Positions 35,949 through 48,869 of a stretch of 64,000 nt of DNA are shown here, piece after piece. The position numbers and the translations under genes are program-made. Position 1 is the stretch's first letter; every line of letters starts with the position of its first letter. The stretch lies in contig NIVC01000319.1 of assembly GCA_002269645.1 (NCBI GenBank), positions 248,001 through 312,000 of the forward strand, read 5' to 3'. The notes below the pieces were generated by a model. It ran no database searches. It was not told the DNA's origin and saw only the letters and a list, made by a program, of their open reading frames with translations. The stretch comes from Macrostomum lignano. Its lineage: Eukaryota.

Positions 35949-38900
35949 GGACGGACAGACAGACATACAGAAGCTACATACAGTGCAGCCCCAGACCTGC
36001 AGGAAGTCGGTCAGCAGGCCGATTCTCCTGGCGATGCGAGTCTCGTGCATCTCTCCGACCACCAGACGGGATTTGAAGTCGGGGCCGCGCACCGACTGCA
36101 GGCGGTCCCGATAGCCCCTGTGGGCGCACAGGTCTTTGTAGAGCCCGGCGAACTGCTTGTAGCGACGCTTCACAACCCGCTGACGGGAGACGGCGGACTT
36201 GGACGCCGGTGGCTGCTGCTGCCTGCTGCGATCCACGTCGGAGTACCAGGCGAGATACTGCGGCGGCGGGAGGAGCGGAGAGCGGATGAAAACAGAATTT
36301 AACTGCTGTACGAGCTAAACAATTGTTTCAAATGTACTTTTCGATAAGGTGCAGCTGCACTAATCAAAGCGTTATTGTGTACTTTTCGATGAGTACAGCT
36401 GCACTAATCAAAGTGCTAATGTATACTTATCGATGAGTACAGCTGCACTAATCAAAGTGCTAATGTATACTTATCGATGAGTACAGCTGCACTAATCAAA
36501 GTGCTAATGTATACTTATCGATGAGTACAGCTGCACTAATCAAAGTGCTAATGTATACTTATCGATGAGTACAGCTGCACTAATCAAAGTGCTAATGTAT
36601 ACTTATCGATGAGTACAGCTGCACTAATCAACGCGTTTATGTGTACTTAATGTGTAAAAAACCTCTGGCATGCCTACCTTGATAATATACAAGGTGTACG
36701 CCTTGCCCTTCCTGTCAATCACTTTCTCGGTGCCAACAATGACGATGTTCTCAAATGGTCGATGCCTGAGGGCGGCATGAGCGGCAGCGGCAGCTTCAAC
36801 GCCGGAAATGTTGCCCACAGAAGCGCCTGAGGAGTGCGGGTGGCTTGCGTTGCCAAGGACAACTCACACATTTGCACACTGCCTGTCTGCCCCACCTTTC
36901 ACTCACTGGCACTGGACTTGAGGCGGACCTCCGCACTCACAGCCGCATGCGCGGTTTCCCCAGAGGTGCCACTGGTGCTGGAAGACTTTGTTCTCCGCCT
37001 GCGGCTGGCCGATGAGAACAGCTGACTCATCGATCCCTCGTCATTGTCGCAGCCTTGGACACGTCCAGCCGGGCCGTCAGGATCTTCAGTGCGGTGCAGC
37101 GCAGACAGCGAGGGGATGCTGCCGCGGACCGGCATCCCGAGCGGCGCTGCCTGCGCCTTGACGTGGAAGACGGGGTGGGGAGGGTGAATTGCAGAGCTCA
37201 GTGTGCAGCATCTGCCTGCAGTTCATGGCCGCAGCCACAGCTGCAGCATCTGCCTGCAGTTCATGGCCCCAGCCACAGCTGCGGAATTTGCCTGCAGTTC
37301 ATGGCCCTAGCCACAGCTCAGTGTGCAGCACCTGCCTGCAGTTCATGGCCGCAGCCACAGCTGCATCATCTGCCTGCAGTTCATGGCCCCAGCCACAGCT
37401 GCGGAATTTGCCTGCAGTTCATGGCCCTAGCCACAGCTCAGTGTGCAGCACCTGCCTGCAGTTCATGGCCCCAGCCACAGCTCAGTGTGCAGCACCTGCC
37501 TGCAGTTCATGGCCCCAGCCACAGCTGCGGAATTTGCCTGCAGTTCATGGCCCTAGCCACAGCTCAGTGTGCAGCACCTGCCTGCAGTTCATGGCCCCAG
37601 CCACAGCTCAGTGTGCAGCACCTGCCTGCAGTTCATGGCCCCAGCCACAGCTGCATCATCTGCCTGCAGTTCATGGCCCCAGCCACAGCTGCATCATCTG
37701 CCTGCAGTTTATGGCCCCAGCCACAGCTCAGTGTGCAGCACCTGCCTGCAGTTCATGGCCCCAGCCACAGCTCAGTGTGCAGCAACTGCCTGCAGTTCAT
37801 GGCCCCAGCCACAGCTGCATCATCTGCCTGCAGTCCATGGCCCCAGCCACAGCTGCAGCATCTGCTCACCTCAATCCACCTGTCACCGGCCGCTCCATCT
37901 TCAGCGCAGCCGTCCCAGCCGCAGTCGCCAGGCAGGTCGAACACAACGGCAGGTCTGTCGCCGAGTTCCGGCGGTCGCAGCGGGCAGCAGGAGGGCAGCT
38001 GTGCGGCGCGCGCCAGGGCAGGTCGGCACAGCCGGTAGCACAGCGAGTGCAGCAGCAGCTGCCGCAGGGGACCGCAGGCGGCCTCCTGCGGCGGCAGCAG
38101 GTGGGTGAGGCCGGTGTTCACGGCAGCTGCGAGGTGAAGAAGGGGTCGGGGCTCGGCCTGTACGGGAGCCACTCGAGCAAAAAATGCGGCCATTGGCTTG
38201 GGGTGGGAAACCCTGGCGGCATGCCTTTGCGACACCATCCATTTCTGCTCATCTCACCGAATCCTGAGCATTTAAGAGCACGCCAGATAATCCCGTAAAC
38301 CAGATAATCTCACTAACCAGATAACCCAATAAACCCAATAATCCCATAAACCAGTTAATCCAATAAAGCCGATAATTCCACAAACCAGATAATCCCATAA
38401 ACCCGATAATCCCAATAAACAAGACAATCCCATAAACCCGATAATCCCATAAACCCGATAATCCCATAAACCCGATAATCTCACCAGTCAGCAGCCCCGC
38501 CGACTCCTCCGAGCAGAGGTCGGGCCAGCAGTCGGCCAGCAGCCGCCCGCCGCTCTCCCCTTCGCCCTCATCGATGGCGCGGAAGCGAGCCGCCAGGAAG
38601 CGACACGCCAGCCGCAGCAGGCGAGCCGCCAGCGCGGGCCGCCCGCAGGCCTCCAGCCGGGCCAGCAGGCCGTCAGCTGCGCAGTCGACGGCCCGGCGGG
38701 CTTCGCCGAGTGTCCGGGCCAGCTCCGGACTGTCCGGCCCTGCGGACAGCGGGCGCAGCCAGGAGGCCAGGCAGGCCTCAAGAATCTCCGACTTCAACGA
38801 CTCGACGGACCGACGCAGCTCGGCCTCGCGGTGGCGGCGCAGCACGGAGGACGGCGGCGCCTCTGCGTTGGAGATGAGGCAGCGGAGCAGCCGCTCCCAG

Positions 38901-39058
38901 GACTGGCCTTCATCGGCGAGGGCGAAAGCGACAGCGGCTGCCAGCAGGGTGATGGCGGCGAGGAAGATGGGCGAGCCCTGCCAGAGCAGCCGCAGCGCCG
39001 AAGCCACCGACATCAGCCCGCAGGCCTTCAAGAGAAGCTGCTGGTCCTTATTCATCAT
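31899..39058 (-). CDS. SNX19-like sorting nexin (TM-PXA-PX-PXC/Nexin_C, no RGS domain seen), about 793 aa
   Basis: Exons (minus): 39058-38485, about 38171-37870 (5' edge unresolved), 37156-36907, 36826-36678, 36257-35997, 35417-35280, 34810-34667, 33728-33665, 32917-32731, 32211-31899. N-terminal hydrophobic pair; PXA-like [19 protein letters not shown]; PX motifs [47 protein letters not shown]; PXC-like end [14 protein letters not shown]. Confidence 0.8.
32265..32550. repeat. 16-bp minisatellite (gtcactaatcccacag) in sorting nexin intron 9
   Basis: Tandem units visible directly. Confidence 0.93.
32935..33640. repeat. 36-bp minisatellite (gagctgggtcaagacatgtttcaagaagtgggtcga) in sorting nexin intron 8
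   Basis: About 19 near-identical units. Confidence 0.96.
33780..34320. repeat. 21-bp minisatellite (tctaccaaatctacagcctac) in sorting nexin intron 7
   Basis: Tandem units visible directly. Confidence 0.94.
34840..35245. repeat. 40-bp minisatellite with an internal hairpin (CAGTGAG-AGC-CTCACTG) in sorting nexin intron 6
   Basis: About 10 units; the palindromic half is invariant and the other half varies. Confidence 0.93.
35537..35965. repeat. (ACAG)n microsatellite with ACACTA interruptions in sorting nexin intron 5
   Basis: Read directly. Confidence 0.96.
36350..36630. repeat. 44-bp minisatellite (gatgagtacagctgcactaatcaaagtgctaatgtatacttatc) in sorting nexin intron 4
   Basis: About 6 units. 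Confidence 0.93.
37195..37865. repeat. Compound minisatellite (ctgcctgcagttcatggccccagccacagct plus variable linker) in sorting nexin intron 2
   Basis: Tandem units of variable length. Confidence 0.92.
38290..38482. repeat. 17-bp minisatellite (cccataaacccgataat) in sorting nexin intron 1
   Basis: Degenerate tandem units. Confidence 0.85.
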
Positions 39059-39097
39059 GGCATCCGCATTGCCGCAGGTTGCACTGCAAGAACGTCC

Positions 39098-39860
39098 GGA
39101 TTCTGTAGGGGTTGATTGGCGATTCTGTAGGGGCTGAGTGGCGATTCTGTAGGGGCTGAGTGGCGATTCTGTAGGGACTGATTGGCGATTCTGTAGGGGC
39201 TGAGTGGCGATTCTGTAGGGGCTGAGTGGCGATTCTGTAGGAGCTGAGTGGCGATTCTGTAGGGGCTGAGTGGCGATTCTGTAGGGGCTGAGTGGCGATT
39301 CTGTAGGGGCTGAGTGGCGATTCTGTAGGGACTGATTGGCGATTCTGTAGGGGCTGATTGGCGATTCTGTAGGGGCTGATTGGCGATTCTGTAGGGGCTG
39401 AGTGGCGATTCTGTAGGGACTGAGTGGCGATTCTGTAGGGACTGATTGGCGATTCTGTAGGGGCTGAGTGGCGATTCTGTAGGGACTGAATGGCGATTCT
39501 GTAGGGGTTGATTGGCGATTCTGTAGGGGCTGAGTGGCGATTCTGTAGGGACTGAGTGGCGATTCTGTAGGGGCTGAATGGCGATTCTGTAGGGGCTGAG
39601 TGGCGATTCTGTAGGGGCTGAGTGGCGATTCTGTAGGGACTGAGTGGCGATTCTGTAGGGGCTGAATGGCGATTCTGTAGGGGCTGAATGGCGATTCTGT
39701 AGGGGCTGATTGGCGATTCTGTAGGGGCTGATTGGCGATTCTGTAGGGGCTGAGTGGCGATTCTGTAGGGGCTGAGTGGCGATTCTGTAGGGGCTGATTG
39801 GCGATTCTGTAGGGGCTGATTGGCGATTCTGTAGGGGCTGAGTGGTAATTCTGTAAGTTC
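39098..39860. repeat. 22-bp minisatellite (ggcgattctgtaggggctgagt) between VPS41 and the sorting nexin
   Basis: About 34 units. Confidence 0.96.
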
Positions 39861-40309
39861 TGAGCAAAGTTTAAATGACCAATTGCAGAATCCATGAACC
39901 ATTCCAATTGACTCGCAGGGCTGGTGTGCCAGGCTTGCAGACAGCAGCAGATGTATAGAAATACCAAATAATGATTTTACTGTAGTTGTATTTAAAATCA
40001 TCTAATTAAAAATTTAAATACATATTTATGGAAAGAACAGTCTGTACAATTGATTTCTGACTCAGATAATCTTTAACCGAAATTATACATCTGTATTAAA
40101 CAATTACGAGCGTATATAAAAGAGAATCACACAGCTATCAGTTTGCAGTATCAATGTAGAAATGACCAATCAATAAAAAGTCAGAGCAATCGATACAAGT
40201 TGATGTAGTGATAATATTTCTAAACTAAATAATTAGAGTAGTGCTTGGAATATGCAAAAGTTTTCATAATAACCAACACTCACAGTTTGACACACCAGCT
40301 TGTTTAGCT

Positions 40310-40328
40310 TTGTCTGTCTGTCTGTCTA

Positions 40329-40391
<63 letters not shown>

Positions 40392-40412
40392 GTCTGTCTG
40401 TCTATCTTTCTA

Positions 40413-40451
<39 letters not shown>

Positions 40452-40456
40452 TTCTA

Positions 40457-40531
<75 letters not shown>

Positions 40532-40560
40532 GTCTGTCTGTCTGTCTGTCTATCTTTCTA

Positions 40561-40615
<55 letters not shown>

Positions 40616-40655
40616 GTCTGTCTATCTGTCTGTCTGTCTGTCTGTCTGTCTGACT
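40310..40655. repeat. (TCTG/TCTA)n microsatellite
   Basis: Read directly. Confidence 0.96.
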
Positions 40656-40822
40656 GCCAAGACTGGTTCCTGTCCTCTACAGCTCATTAGCTAGCCTATT
40701 TAGACCAAGGCTAGAGCTGGGCTGATCAGGATTTCTACTCTGCAACACACTCGCACTACACTACTATCCAGTTATCAGTAGACAAACTTTGACAAAGACT
40801 AAAAGGCAAGGCTGTGACACAG

Positions 40823-43800
40823 TCAGTAGCACATGCCAGCACAGGCTGGACAGTCAGTGTCGGCAACTGCGGCAGCCTCGCTGCCCTGGCGGCACTCCGC
40901 ATGGAAGTAGTGGCCGCAGTTGAACAGCAGCAGGTGCGCCTCGCCGGCGTCAGGCGGGGCCTCCCCCATCCGCCTGGCAACCAGCAGGGGAGTTCGGCAG
41001 CGAACGCACAGATTGCTGCTGGGACTCACAGACATTGGGCGGCGGGCGAACGCGATCTGGGGATTTTAAATTGTACGGGATTTGGGCTGTTGCCTATGTC
41101 ACTGAGACCTATTCTCTAATCTCACTGAGACCTATTCTCTAATCTCACTGAGACCTATTCTCTAATCTCACTGAGGCCTATTCTCTAATCTCACTGAGAC
41201 CTATTCTCTAATCTCACTGAGACCTATTCTCTAATCTCACTGAGACCTATTCTCTAATCTCACTGAGGCCTATTCTCTAATCTCACTGAGGCCTATTCTC
41301 TAATCTCACTGAGACCTATTCTTTAATCTCACTGAGACCTATTCTCTGATCTCACTGAGAACTATTCTCTAATCTCACTGAGGCCTATTTTGTAATCTCA
41401 CTGAGACATATTCTCTAATCTCACAAAGACATATTCCTTAATCTCACTGAGACATATTCCCTAATCTCACTGAGACCTATTCTCTAATCTCACTGAGACC
41501 TATTCTCTGATCTCACTGAGAACTATTCTCTAATCTCACTGAGACATATTCTCTAATCTGACTGAGACCTATTCTCTAATCTCACTGAGACCTATTCTCT
41601 AATCTCACTGAGACATATTCTCTAATCTCGCCGAGACCTATTCTCTAATCTCACTGAGACATATTCTCTAATCTCACTGAGGCCTATTCTCTAATCTCAC
41701 TGAGACCTATTCTCTAATCTGACTAGTCCAAACATCCGTGATTCCCCGTACGAGCGTGAAAGCCCACCTGCTTGTGAATGAGGTTCTGGCAGTCCTGAGA
41801 CTGGATGGTGGCGCAGCCCTGGGTGAGAGCGGTGCCAACCCGGTAGTCGCTGAGCAGCTTCACAATGGAGTTTCTGAGGCCGGGCACCACCATGCCGGGC
41901 TGGATCTTGTGGATGAGGATGGCCGGGTCCACCTCGCTGCCAGAGTTCTCCAGCAGGGTGGTGATCAGCCTGGGCCTGTCGCTGGCGGCCTCGGCGGCGG
42001 CCATCCACAGCTCCGGGTCCGCTTCGTCGCGGCAGAATTGCACCTGAGAGACGCGAGTTCGAAAGCGATTTTTGAATTCTTCGAAGAATATGAAAAAAGG
42101 TAAGGAAATTCACCCACCACTCGGTCGAACTGCTGCTCATCCAGAAGCAGGTTCAGGGCGTCCCGCCGCCGGCCCATCCTGGCCAGGATGTACACGGTCT
42201 CCTCCGTGAGCTGCCGGTCAGCGCACAGCGCCAGCGCCAGCTCGTACTTGAAGCCGCTCGACGAGCGCAGGAACGGCAGCAGCTTCTGCCTGGCGTGGTC
42301 GGCGTACAGCTCCACCATCTTGTCCGCGTGCTTCTCCACCCTGGCCGGGTCCTTCAAGTGCACAGCGTCCAGATAGTCGCAGAGCAGGCCGGAATTCGAT
42401 GACAGCTCGGAGATGATGGAGCTGATGGAGAAGCCAGCCTGCCATTGTGAACGGGTACAATTACAGCCATATTTACAGTCACAACTACAGCCATATTTAC
42501 AGTCACAATTACAGCCATATTTACAGTCACAACTACAGCCATATTTACAGTCACAATTACAGCCATATTTACAGTCACAATTACAGCCATATTTACAGTC
42601 ACAATTACAGCCATATTTACAGTCACAACTACAGCCGTATTTACAGTCACAATTACAGCCGTATTTACAGTCACAATTACAGCCATATTTACAGTCACAA
42701 TTACAGCCATATTTACAGTCACAATTACAGCCATATTTACAGTAACAATTACAGCCATATTTACAGTCACAATTACAGCCATATTTACAGTCACAACTAC
42801 AGCCATATTTACAGTCACAACTACAGCCATATTTACAGTCACAACTACAGCCATATTTACAGTCACAATTACAGCCATATTTACAGTAACAATTACAGCC
42901 ATATTTACAGTCACAATTACAGCCATATTTACAGTCACAATTACAGCCATATTTACAGTCACAATTACAGCCGTATTTACAGTCACAATTACAGCCATAT
43001 TTACAGTCACAATTACAGCCATATTTACAGTCACAACTACAGCCATATTTACAGTCACAATTACAGCCATATTTACAGTCACAACTACAGCCATATTTAC
43101 AGTCACAACTACAGCCATATTTACAGTCACAACTACAGCCATATTTACAGTCACAATTACAGCCATATTTACAGTCACAATTACAGCCATATTTACAGTC
43201 ACAACTACAGCCATATTTACAGTCACAACTACAGCCATATTTACAGTCACAATTACAGCCATATTTACAGTCACAATTACAGCCATATTTACAGTCACAA
43301 TTACAGCCATATTTACAGTCACAATTACAGCCATATTTACAGTCACAATTACAGCCATATTTACAGTCACAATTACAGCCATATTTACAGTCACAATTAC
43401 AGCCATATTTACAGTCACAATTACAGCCATATTTACAGTCACAATTACAGCCGTATTTACAGTCACAACTACAGCCAAATCTCCAATTTCTCCGCTCCCC
43501 TACAATTACAGCCAAATTACAGCCAAATTACAGCCAAATTACAGGCACAACTACAGCCAATTTCATCTGAGCGACCTGATCATCCAGCAGCATCTGCAGG
43601 GTCCGCTCCCGGTTGATGTTGAACAGCAGTGGCAGTTTGTTCACCACGTGGCTGTGCAGGCGGTGCCGCCGCACCAGAGCGAATGCGTCGCAGCTGCGCA
43701 GCTTGAGCAGGATGCTCAGCGTCTTCTCGTGCTCACCCGACAGCTCGTACAGCCGGGCCAGACAGCGGTTCAGAATTTGGTCGTTCGGCTGCCGGCTCAG

Positions 43801-46800
43801 GTCCTCAGCCACCACCTGGGCGGTTCGGGACAGCAAAAAAGTAGGGAAAAGCTTAGTCAATGCTGTCAGTTGATTGCTTAATCATTTAGATTTCAGCTCA
43901 CCCGAGTCACAGCTCGAACGCTAAACAGGTTGCTAGGCCAGGAGTTAATAAGCTCGAGGAACTGCTCTCTGTCGGTTTTGAACACTTCGTTTAGCACCAA
44001 GTCGTACACGCTGGTGTCCAGCTGGGGCTTGGATTTCGGCAGGTGTCTACAGGTGAGTTTTGAATACAGCATTATTAACACCACACCACTCCCAATGTGT
44101 ACACTGTGGCCCAACCCACTCCTAATGTGGTTCTGTCTCAGCCACCCCACACTCCCAATGCCCCAGCCACCCCACTCCCAATGCCCCAGCCACCCCACTC
44201 CCAATGCCCCAGCCACCCCACTCCCAATGCCCCAGCCACCCCGCTCCCAATGCCCCAGCCACCCCACTCCCAATGCCCCAGCCAGCCCACTCCCAATGCC
44301 CCAGCCACCCCACTCCCAATGCCCCAGCCAGCCCACTCCCAATGCCCCAGCCACCCCGCTCCCAATGCCCCAGCCACCCCACCCAGCTTCAGGACGAACC
44401 TGGCCAGCGCACTGGTGCAGCCGGCCTGGTGAAATTGGTACGCCATGGCCTCCCATTCCTCCTTGCCGGATAGGACAGTCTGGCAGAGCTCAGCGGCCTG
44501 GCCGAACTGCCCGACAGACAGCAGGTGATCAATGTACTTCCGGCCGACGCTGGCCGCAGTGAACTCCCCTATCGAGCCGCCTTGTTGGACATCGTCGAGG
44601 GCCTGCTTGAATTTGCCGCGCGACAGCAGCCACTGCAGATGGTCGGACCTGTCCCGCTGCTGGGCGCAGATGATGTCCTTGGGGCACACAATAAAGTACA
44701 TGCCCTCTGAGCGAAGTTGCTCAAACCGAAAGTTTGCTGGGCTGTAGCGCTCGAAACCGCGCACCTGGAATTGCCAGGTCAGCCCTGGTTACCAACTGCC
44801 TCGCTTTGCAGAAGCGAGAAGTTTGAAGTGATAAGCTTAAAGCAGACTGTTGGACGCAACAAGGACTGCAGCCTACTAGACCCGGCCACTGCAATCTACT
44901 AGACCCGGCCACTGCAACCTACTAGACCCGGCCACTGCAGCCTACTAGACCCGGCCACTGCAGCCTACTAGACCCGGCCACTGCAGCCTACTAGACCCGG
45001 CCATTGCAGCCTACTAGACCCGGCCACTGCAGCCTACTAGACCCGGCCACTGGAGCCTACGAGACCCGGCCACTGCAACCTACTAGACCTGGCTACTGCA
45101 ACCTACTAGACCCGGCCACTGCAGTCTACTAGACCCCTCGGTCACCTTGAGCTCCTCAATCGCGAGCTCCACGTAGGTGTCGATGCCGGGCTCCACCAGG
45201 TGCAGCTGCGGCTTCTCCTTTTCCTTCTGGCTGAGCAGCAGCAGCTCCTTGCCGAAGCCGCAGATGCCGCAGACGGTCATCGGGAAGCTGAAGCTGGCCA
45301 CGATCTGGCCGACTCTTCGGCCGCTGTTCGGGTCCGGGGCGATGCGGCAGATGTACACGCTGCGGCGGAAGGCGGCGATGAAGTTCGCCTCATCGGAGGC
45401 CTGCAATGGAGGGCCCGGGGCGTCCGAAACTCAAAGGAAGGCGTAAAGATATAGGTCAAAGGATGGGTTAGAGAATGGGTCAAAGGATGGGTTAGAGATT
45501 GGGTCAAATGATGGGTTAGAGATTGGGTCAAAGGATGGGTTAGAGATTGGGTCAAAGGATGGGTTAGAGAATGGGTCAAAGGATGGGTTAGAGATTGGGT
45601 CAAAGGATGGGTTAGAGATTGGGTCAAAGGATGGGTTAGAGAATGGGTCAAAGGATGGGTTAGAGATTGGGTCAAAGGATGGGTTAGAGAATGGGTCAAA
45701 GGATGGGTCAAAGGATGGGTCAGAGGATGGGTCAGAGGATGGGTTAGAGAATGGGTCAAAAAATGGGTCAGAGGATGGGTCAGAGGATGGGTTAGAGAAT
45801 GGGTCAAAGGATGGGTTAGAGAATGGGTCAAAGGATGGGTTAGAGAATGGGACAAAGGATGGGTCAAAGGATGGGTCAGAGGATGGATTAGAGAATGGAT
45901 TAGAGAATGGGTCAAAAAATGGGTCAGAGGATGGGTCAGAGGATGGGTTAGAGAATGGGTCAAAGGATGGGTTAGAGAATGGGTCAAAGGATGGGTTAGA
46001 GAATGGGACAAAGGATGGGTCAAAGGATGGGTCAGAGGATGGATTAGAGAATGGATTAGAGAATGGGTCAAAAAATGGGTCAGAGGATGGGTCAGAGGAT
46101 GGGTTAGAGAATGGGTCAAAGGATGGGTCAGAGGATAGATTAGAGAATGGGTCAGAGAATGGGTCAGAGGATGGATTAGAGAATGGGTCAAAAAATGGGT
46201 CAGAGGATGGGTCAGAGGATGGGTTAGAGAATGGTCAAAGGATGGGTCAGAGAATGGATTAGAGAATGGGTCAAAGGATGGGTCAGAGGATGGATTAGAG
46301 AATGGGTCAAAGGATGGGTCAGAGGATGGGTCAAATAATGAGTCGAAAAATGGGTCAGAGGATGGATTAGAGAATGGGTCAAAGGATGGGTCAGAGGATG
46401 GGTCAAATAATGAGTCGAAAAATGGGTCAGAGGATGGATTAGAGAATGGGTCAAAGGATGGGTCAGAGGATGGGTCAGAGAATGGGTCAAATAATGAGTC
46501 GAAAAATGGGTCAGAGGATGGGTCAGAGGATGGGTTAGAGAATGGGTCAGAGAATGGGTCAGAGGATGGATTAGAGAATGGGTCAAAGGATGGGTCAGAG
46601 GATGGGTCAGAGGATGGGTCAGAGAATGGGTCAAATAATGAGTCGAAAAATGGGTCAGAGGATGGGTCAATGAATGGGTTAGAGAATGGGTCAAAGGATG
46701 GGTCAGAGGATGGGTCAAAGGATGGGTCAATAATAACAATAATAATTGATTACACCTGTCCCAATGGGCAGATGTGCAACGACAGCTCAGCCTGGGGGGT

Positions 46801-46803
46801 CGC

Positions 46804-46835
<32 letters not shown>

Positions 46836-48230
46836 AAATTACCCCAGCTAATGCTGGCACCCATTTTACAGCTGGGTGAACTGAAGCAATGCAGAGTTGA
46901 ATGTCTTGCTCAAGGACACAAATTGTTCCGAGTGGGTCAAGAATCGAACCCCAGACCTTTCAGTCGTGAGTCGACGCTCTGACCACTAGGCTAAAACCCC
47001 TAACTATGGGTTAATGGATGGGTCACATGATGGGTTAAAGGATGGGTCAGGGGATGGGTCACATGATGGGTTAAAGGATGGGTCAGGGGATGGGTCATTA
47101 AATGTGAAAATGTCCCTCAAACCTGAATGAAAGCGGCTGTCCTGTCGGTCTCGGTGGCCGGCCTGGGCAGAGAGGTGAGGCTGCGCCGCTCCACCAGGCA
47201 GTAGGCCCGGACGCCCTCCTCGGTGCCCCACACCACCAGGCTGTTGGCCCACACAATGCAGCGAATGGCGCCGCAGTTCGGCCTGGCCTCCGCCAGCACG
47301 CGGTGCTGCTTCTTGATGAAGCCAGGCTCCACCAGGATCAGCCGGTCGTCGCCAGTGACGTATGACTGCGTGGCGGCGAAGTTCGGCGAGATGGCCACGG
47401 CGTACACCTGTTAATGAATTCGTAAAATTTCATACAACTGACGTAGCTAGTGTCTCAGAGTACTTTTAATGCCTGGGTCTACTTTTTCTTTCACTACTAA
47501 ACCAGGCTACTGCAGCCATACTTTTACTTTCATTGTCTGGAGTGCAATTTTAGTCCACATGTACTTTTAGTGTGTACTTTCATTACCTGGAGTACACTTT
47601 TAAGTGTACTTTCAGTGCCACCCGAGTGAATCATGAACTCATTTCACACTAAAGAAGACAGTAAACTCCATAAGCTCAAAACTTTACAAGCTTTTTGAGT
47701 TTTCTAAAGTGTATAACTTATTGCTAAAATGCCCCCCTCTACTGTCTAGTGGCTGATGTCAGGATGCACTTTGCGTGCACAGCATTGGCAGAGGACAATG
47801 TGGCTTTGAGAACCCACTCAGCCCTCACCGGCTTGTCCAGCTTCAGAGTGGAATAAGTCTTCTTGTTGAAAAGGTTGTGGATGATGACTCTCTCGTCCAT
47901 GGAGCAGCTGGCCAGGTACTCGCCCTTCTCGTCCACGGAGATCTGATTGACTGTGGTGCTATGGCCGGACAAAGACCTGCCCTGGATATTGTTGCCCATG
48001 TGGTCAAGAATGTAGATGTTGCCCCAGTTGGTGCCAACGCAGATGAACTTGCTGTGCACGGCTAAACAGGTGATGAAGTCTTTGTCCAGGATGCGCGGCA
48101 GATCTGTGTTGCCCTGCCCGACCCGGTGGTACTTGAGCCGCGGCTCCAGCTCCTCGTACTCCGCCTCGCTGTCGCAGCCAGCCTCGGGTGGCTCCTCGGT
48201 GGCCTCGCGGCTTTCCTCGAGCTTCTCCAT
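40823..48230 (-). CDS. VPS41: Vacuolar protein sorting 41 (HOPS subunit), 840 aa
   Basis: Exons (minus): 48230-47829, 47407-47123, 45400-45146, 44764-44400, 44046-43902, 43815-43576, 42438-42118, 42043-41768, 41056-40823; all GT-AG and frame continuous. Motifs: EPRLKYHR, VHSKFICVGTNWG, VRGFE, DHLQWLL, LLPFLRSS, ETVYILARMG, DPELW, VDPAILIHKI..VPGLRNSIVKLLSDY, C-terminal RING-H2 (CVRC..FNCGHYFHAEC..CPAC). Confidence 0.95.
41098..41720. repeat. 23-bp minisatellite (ctcactgagacctattctctaat) in VPS41 intron 8
   Basis: Tandem units visible directly. Confidence 0.95.
42455..43560. repeat. 24-bp minisatellite (ttacagccatatttacagtcacaa) in VPS41 intron 6
   Basis: About 43 units; stop-free in several frames. 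Confidence 0.97.
44150..44385. repeat. 23-bp minisatellite (ctcccaatgccccagccacccca) in VPS41 intron 4
   Basis: About 10 units. Confidence 0.93.
44868..45135. repeat. 23-bp minisatellite (ctactagacccggccactgcagc) in VPS41 intron 3
   Basis: About 11 units. Confidence 0.93.
45455..46730. repeat. 12-bp-based compound satellite (gggtcaaaggat / gggttagagaat / gggtcagaggat) with higher-order blocks in VPS41 intron 2
   Basis: Read directly; a few related units recur at 47010-47097. Confidence 0.94.
46804..47000 (-). mobile_element. tRNA-derived SINE with a CORE/V-like body and (GT)n tail
   Basis: Minus strand reads GGGGTTTTAGCCTAGTGG (A box) ... GGGGTTCGATTC (B box, 46941-46950), then TGTGTCCTTGAGCAAGACATTCAAC...CAGTTCACCCAGCTGTAAAATGGGT, ending in about 14 GT units. 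The anticodon stem does not pair, so this is not a functional tRNA. Confidence 0.8.
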
Positions 48231-48294
48231 GAAGACCAAAAAAGAAGCGCAGTGCAAAGTGCGATTTGTAAGTGCATTCATGCAGTTAAATGCA

Positions 48295-48845
48295 GTGCAC
48301 CTGCATCCCTGCCTACCCTGACCTGCATCCCTGCCTACTCTGACCTGCATCCCTGCCTACTCTGACCTGCATCCCTGCCTACCCTGACCTGCATCCCTGC
48401 CTACTCTGACCTGCATCCCTGCCTACCCTGACCTGCATCCCTGCCTACTCTGACCTGCATCCCTGCCTACTCTGACCTGCATCCCTGCCTACTCTGACCT
48501 GCATCCCTGCCTACTCTGACCTGCATCCCTGCCTACTCTGACCTGCATCCCTGCCTACTCTGACCTGCATCCCTGCCTACCCTGACCTGCATCCCTGCCT
48601 ACTCTGACCTGCATCCCTGCCTACCCTGACCTGCATCCCTGCCTACTCTGACCTGCATCCCTGCCTACCCTGACCTGCATCCCTGCCTACCCTGACCTGC
48701 ATCCCTGCCTACCCTGACCTGCATCCCTGCCTACTCTGACCTGCATCCCTGCCTACCCTGACCTGCATCCCTGCCTACCCTGACCTGCATCCCTGCCTAC
48801 CCTGACATGCATCCCTGCTTACCTTGACCTGAATCCCTGCCTACT
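48295..48845. repeat. 22-bp minisatellite (tgacctgcatccctgcctacYc) upstream of the VPS41 ATG
   Basis: About 25 units. Confidence 0.96.
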
Positions 48846-48869
48846 TGCATAATTACAGATCGATGACCC

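Noticed and set aside
41965-43616. Long Cys-rich (CNCDCKYG)n, (YSHIYSHN)n and (MAVIVTVN)n ORFs resembling metallothionein-like or structural proteins
   Set aside because: All are translations of the 24-bp array inside VPS41 intron 6, which is bounded by good GT-AG sites; the unit length is a multiple of 3, so frames stay open by chance.
46930-47000. Possible tRNA gene
   Set aside because: A and B boxes are present but the anticodon and acceptor stems do not pair, and it runs into a SINE body and (GT)n tail; called a SINE instead.
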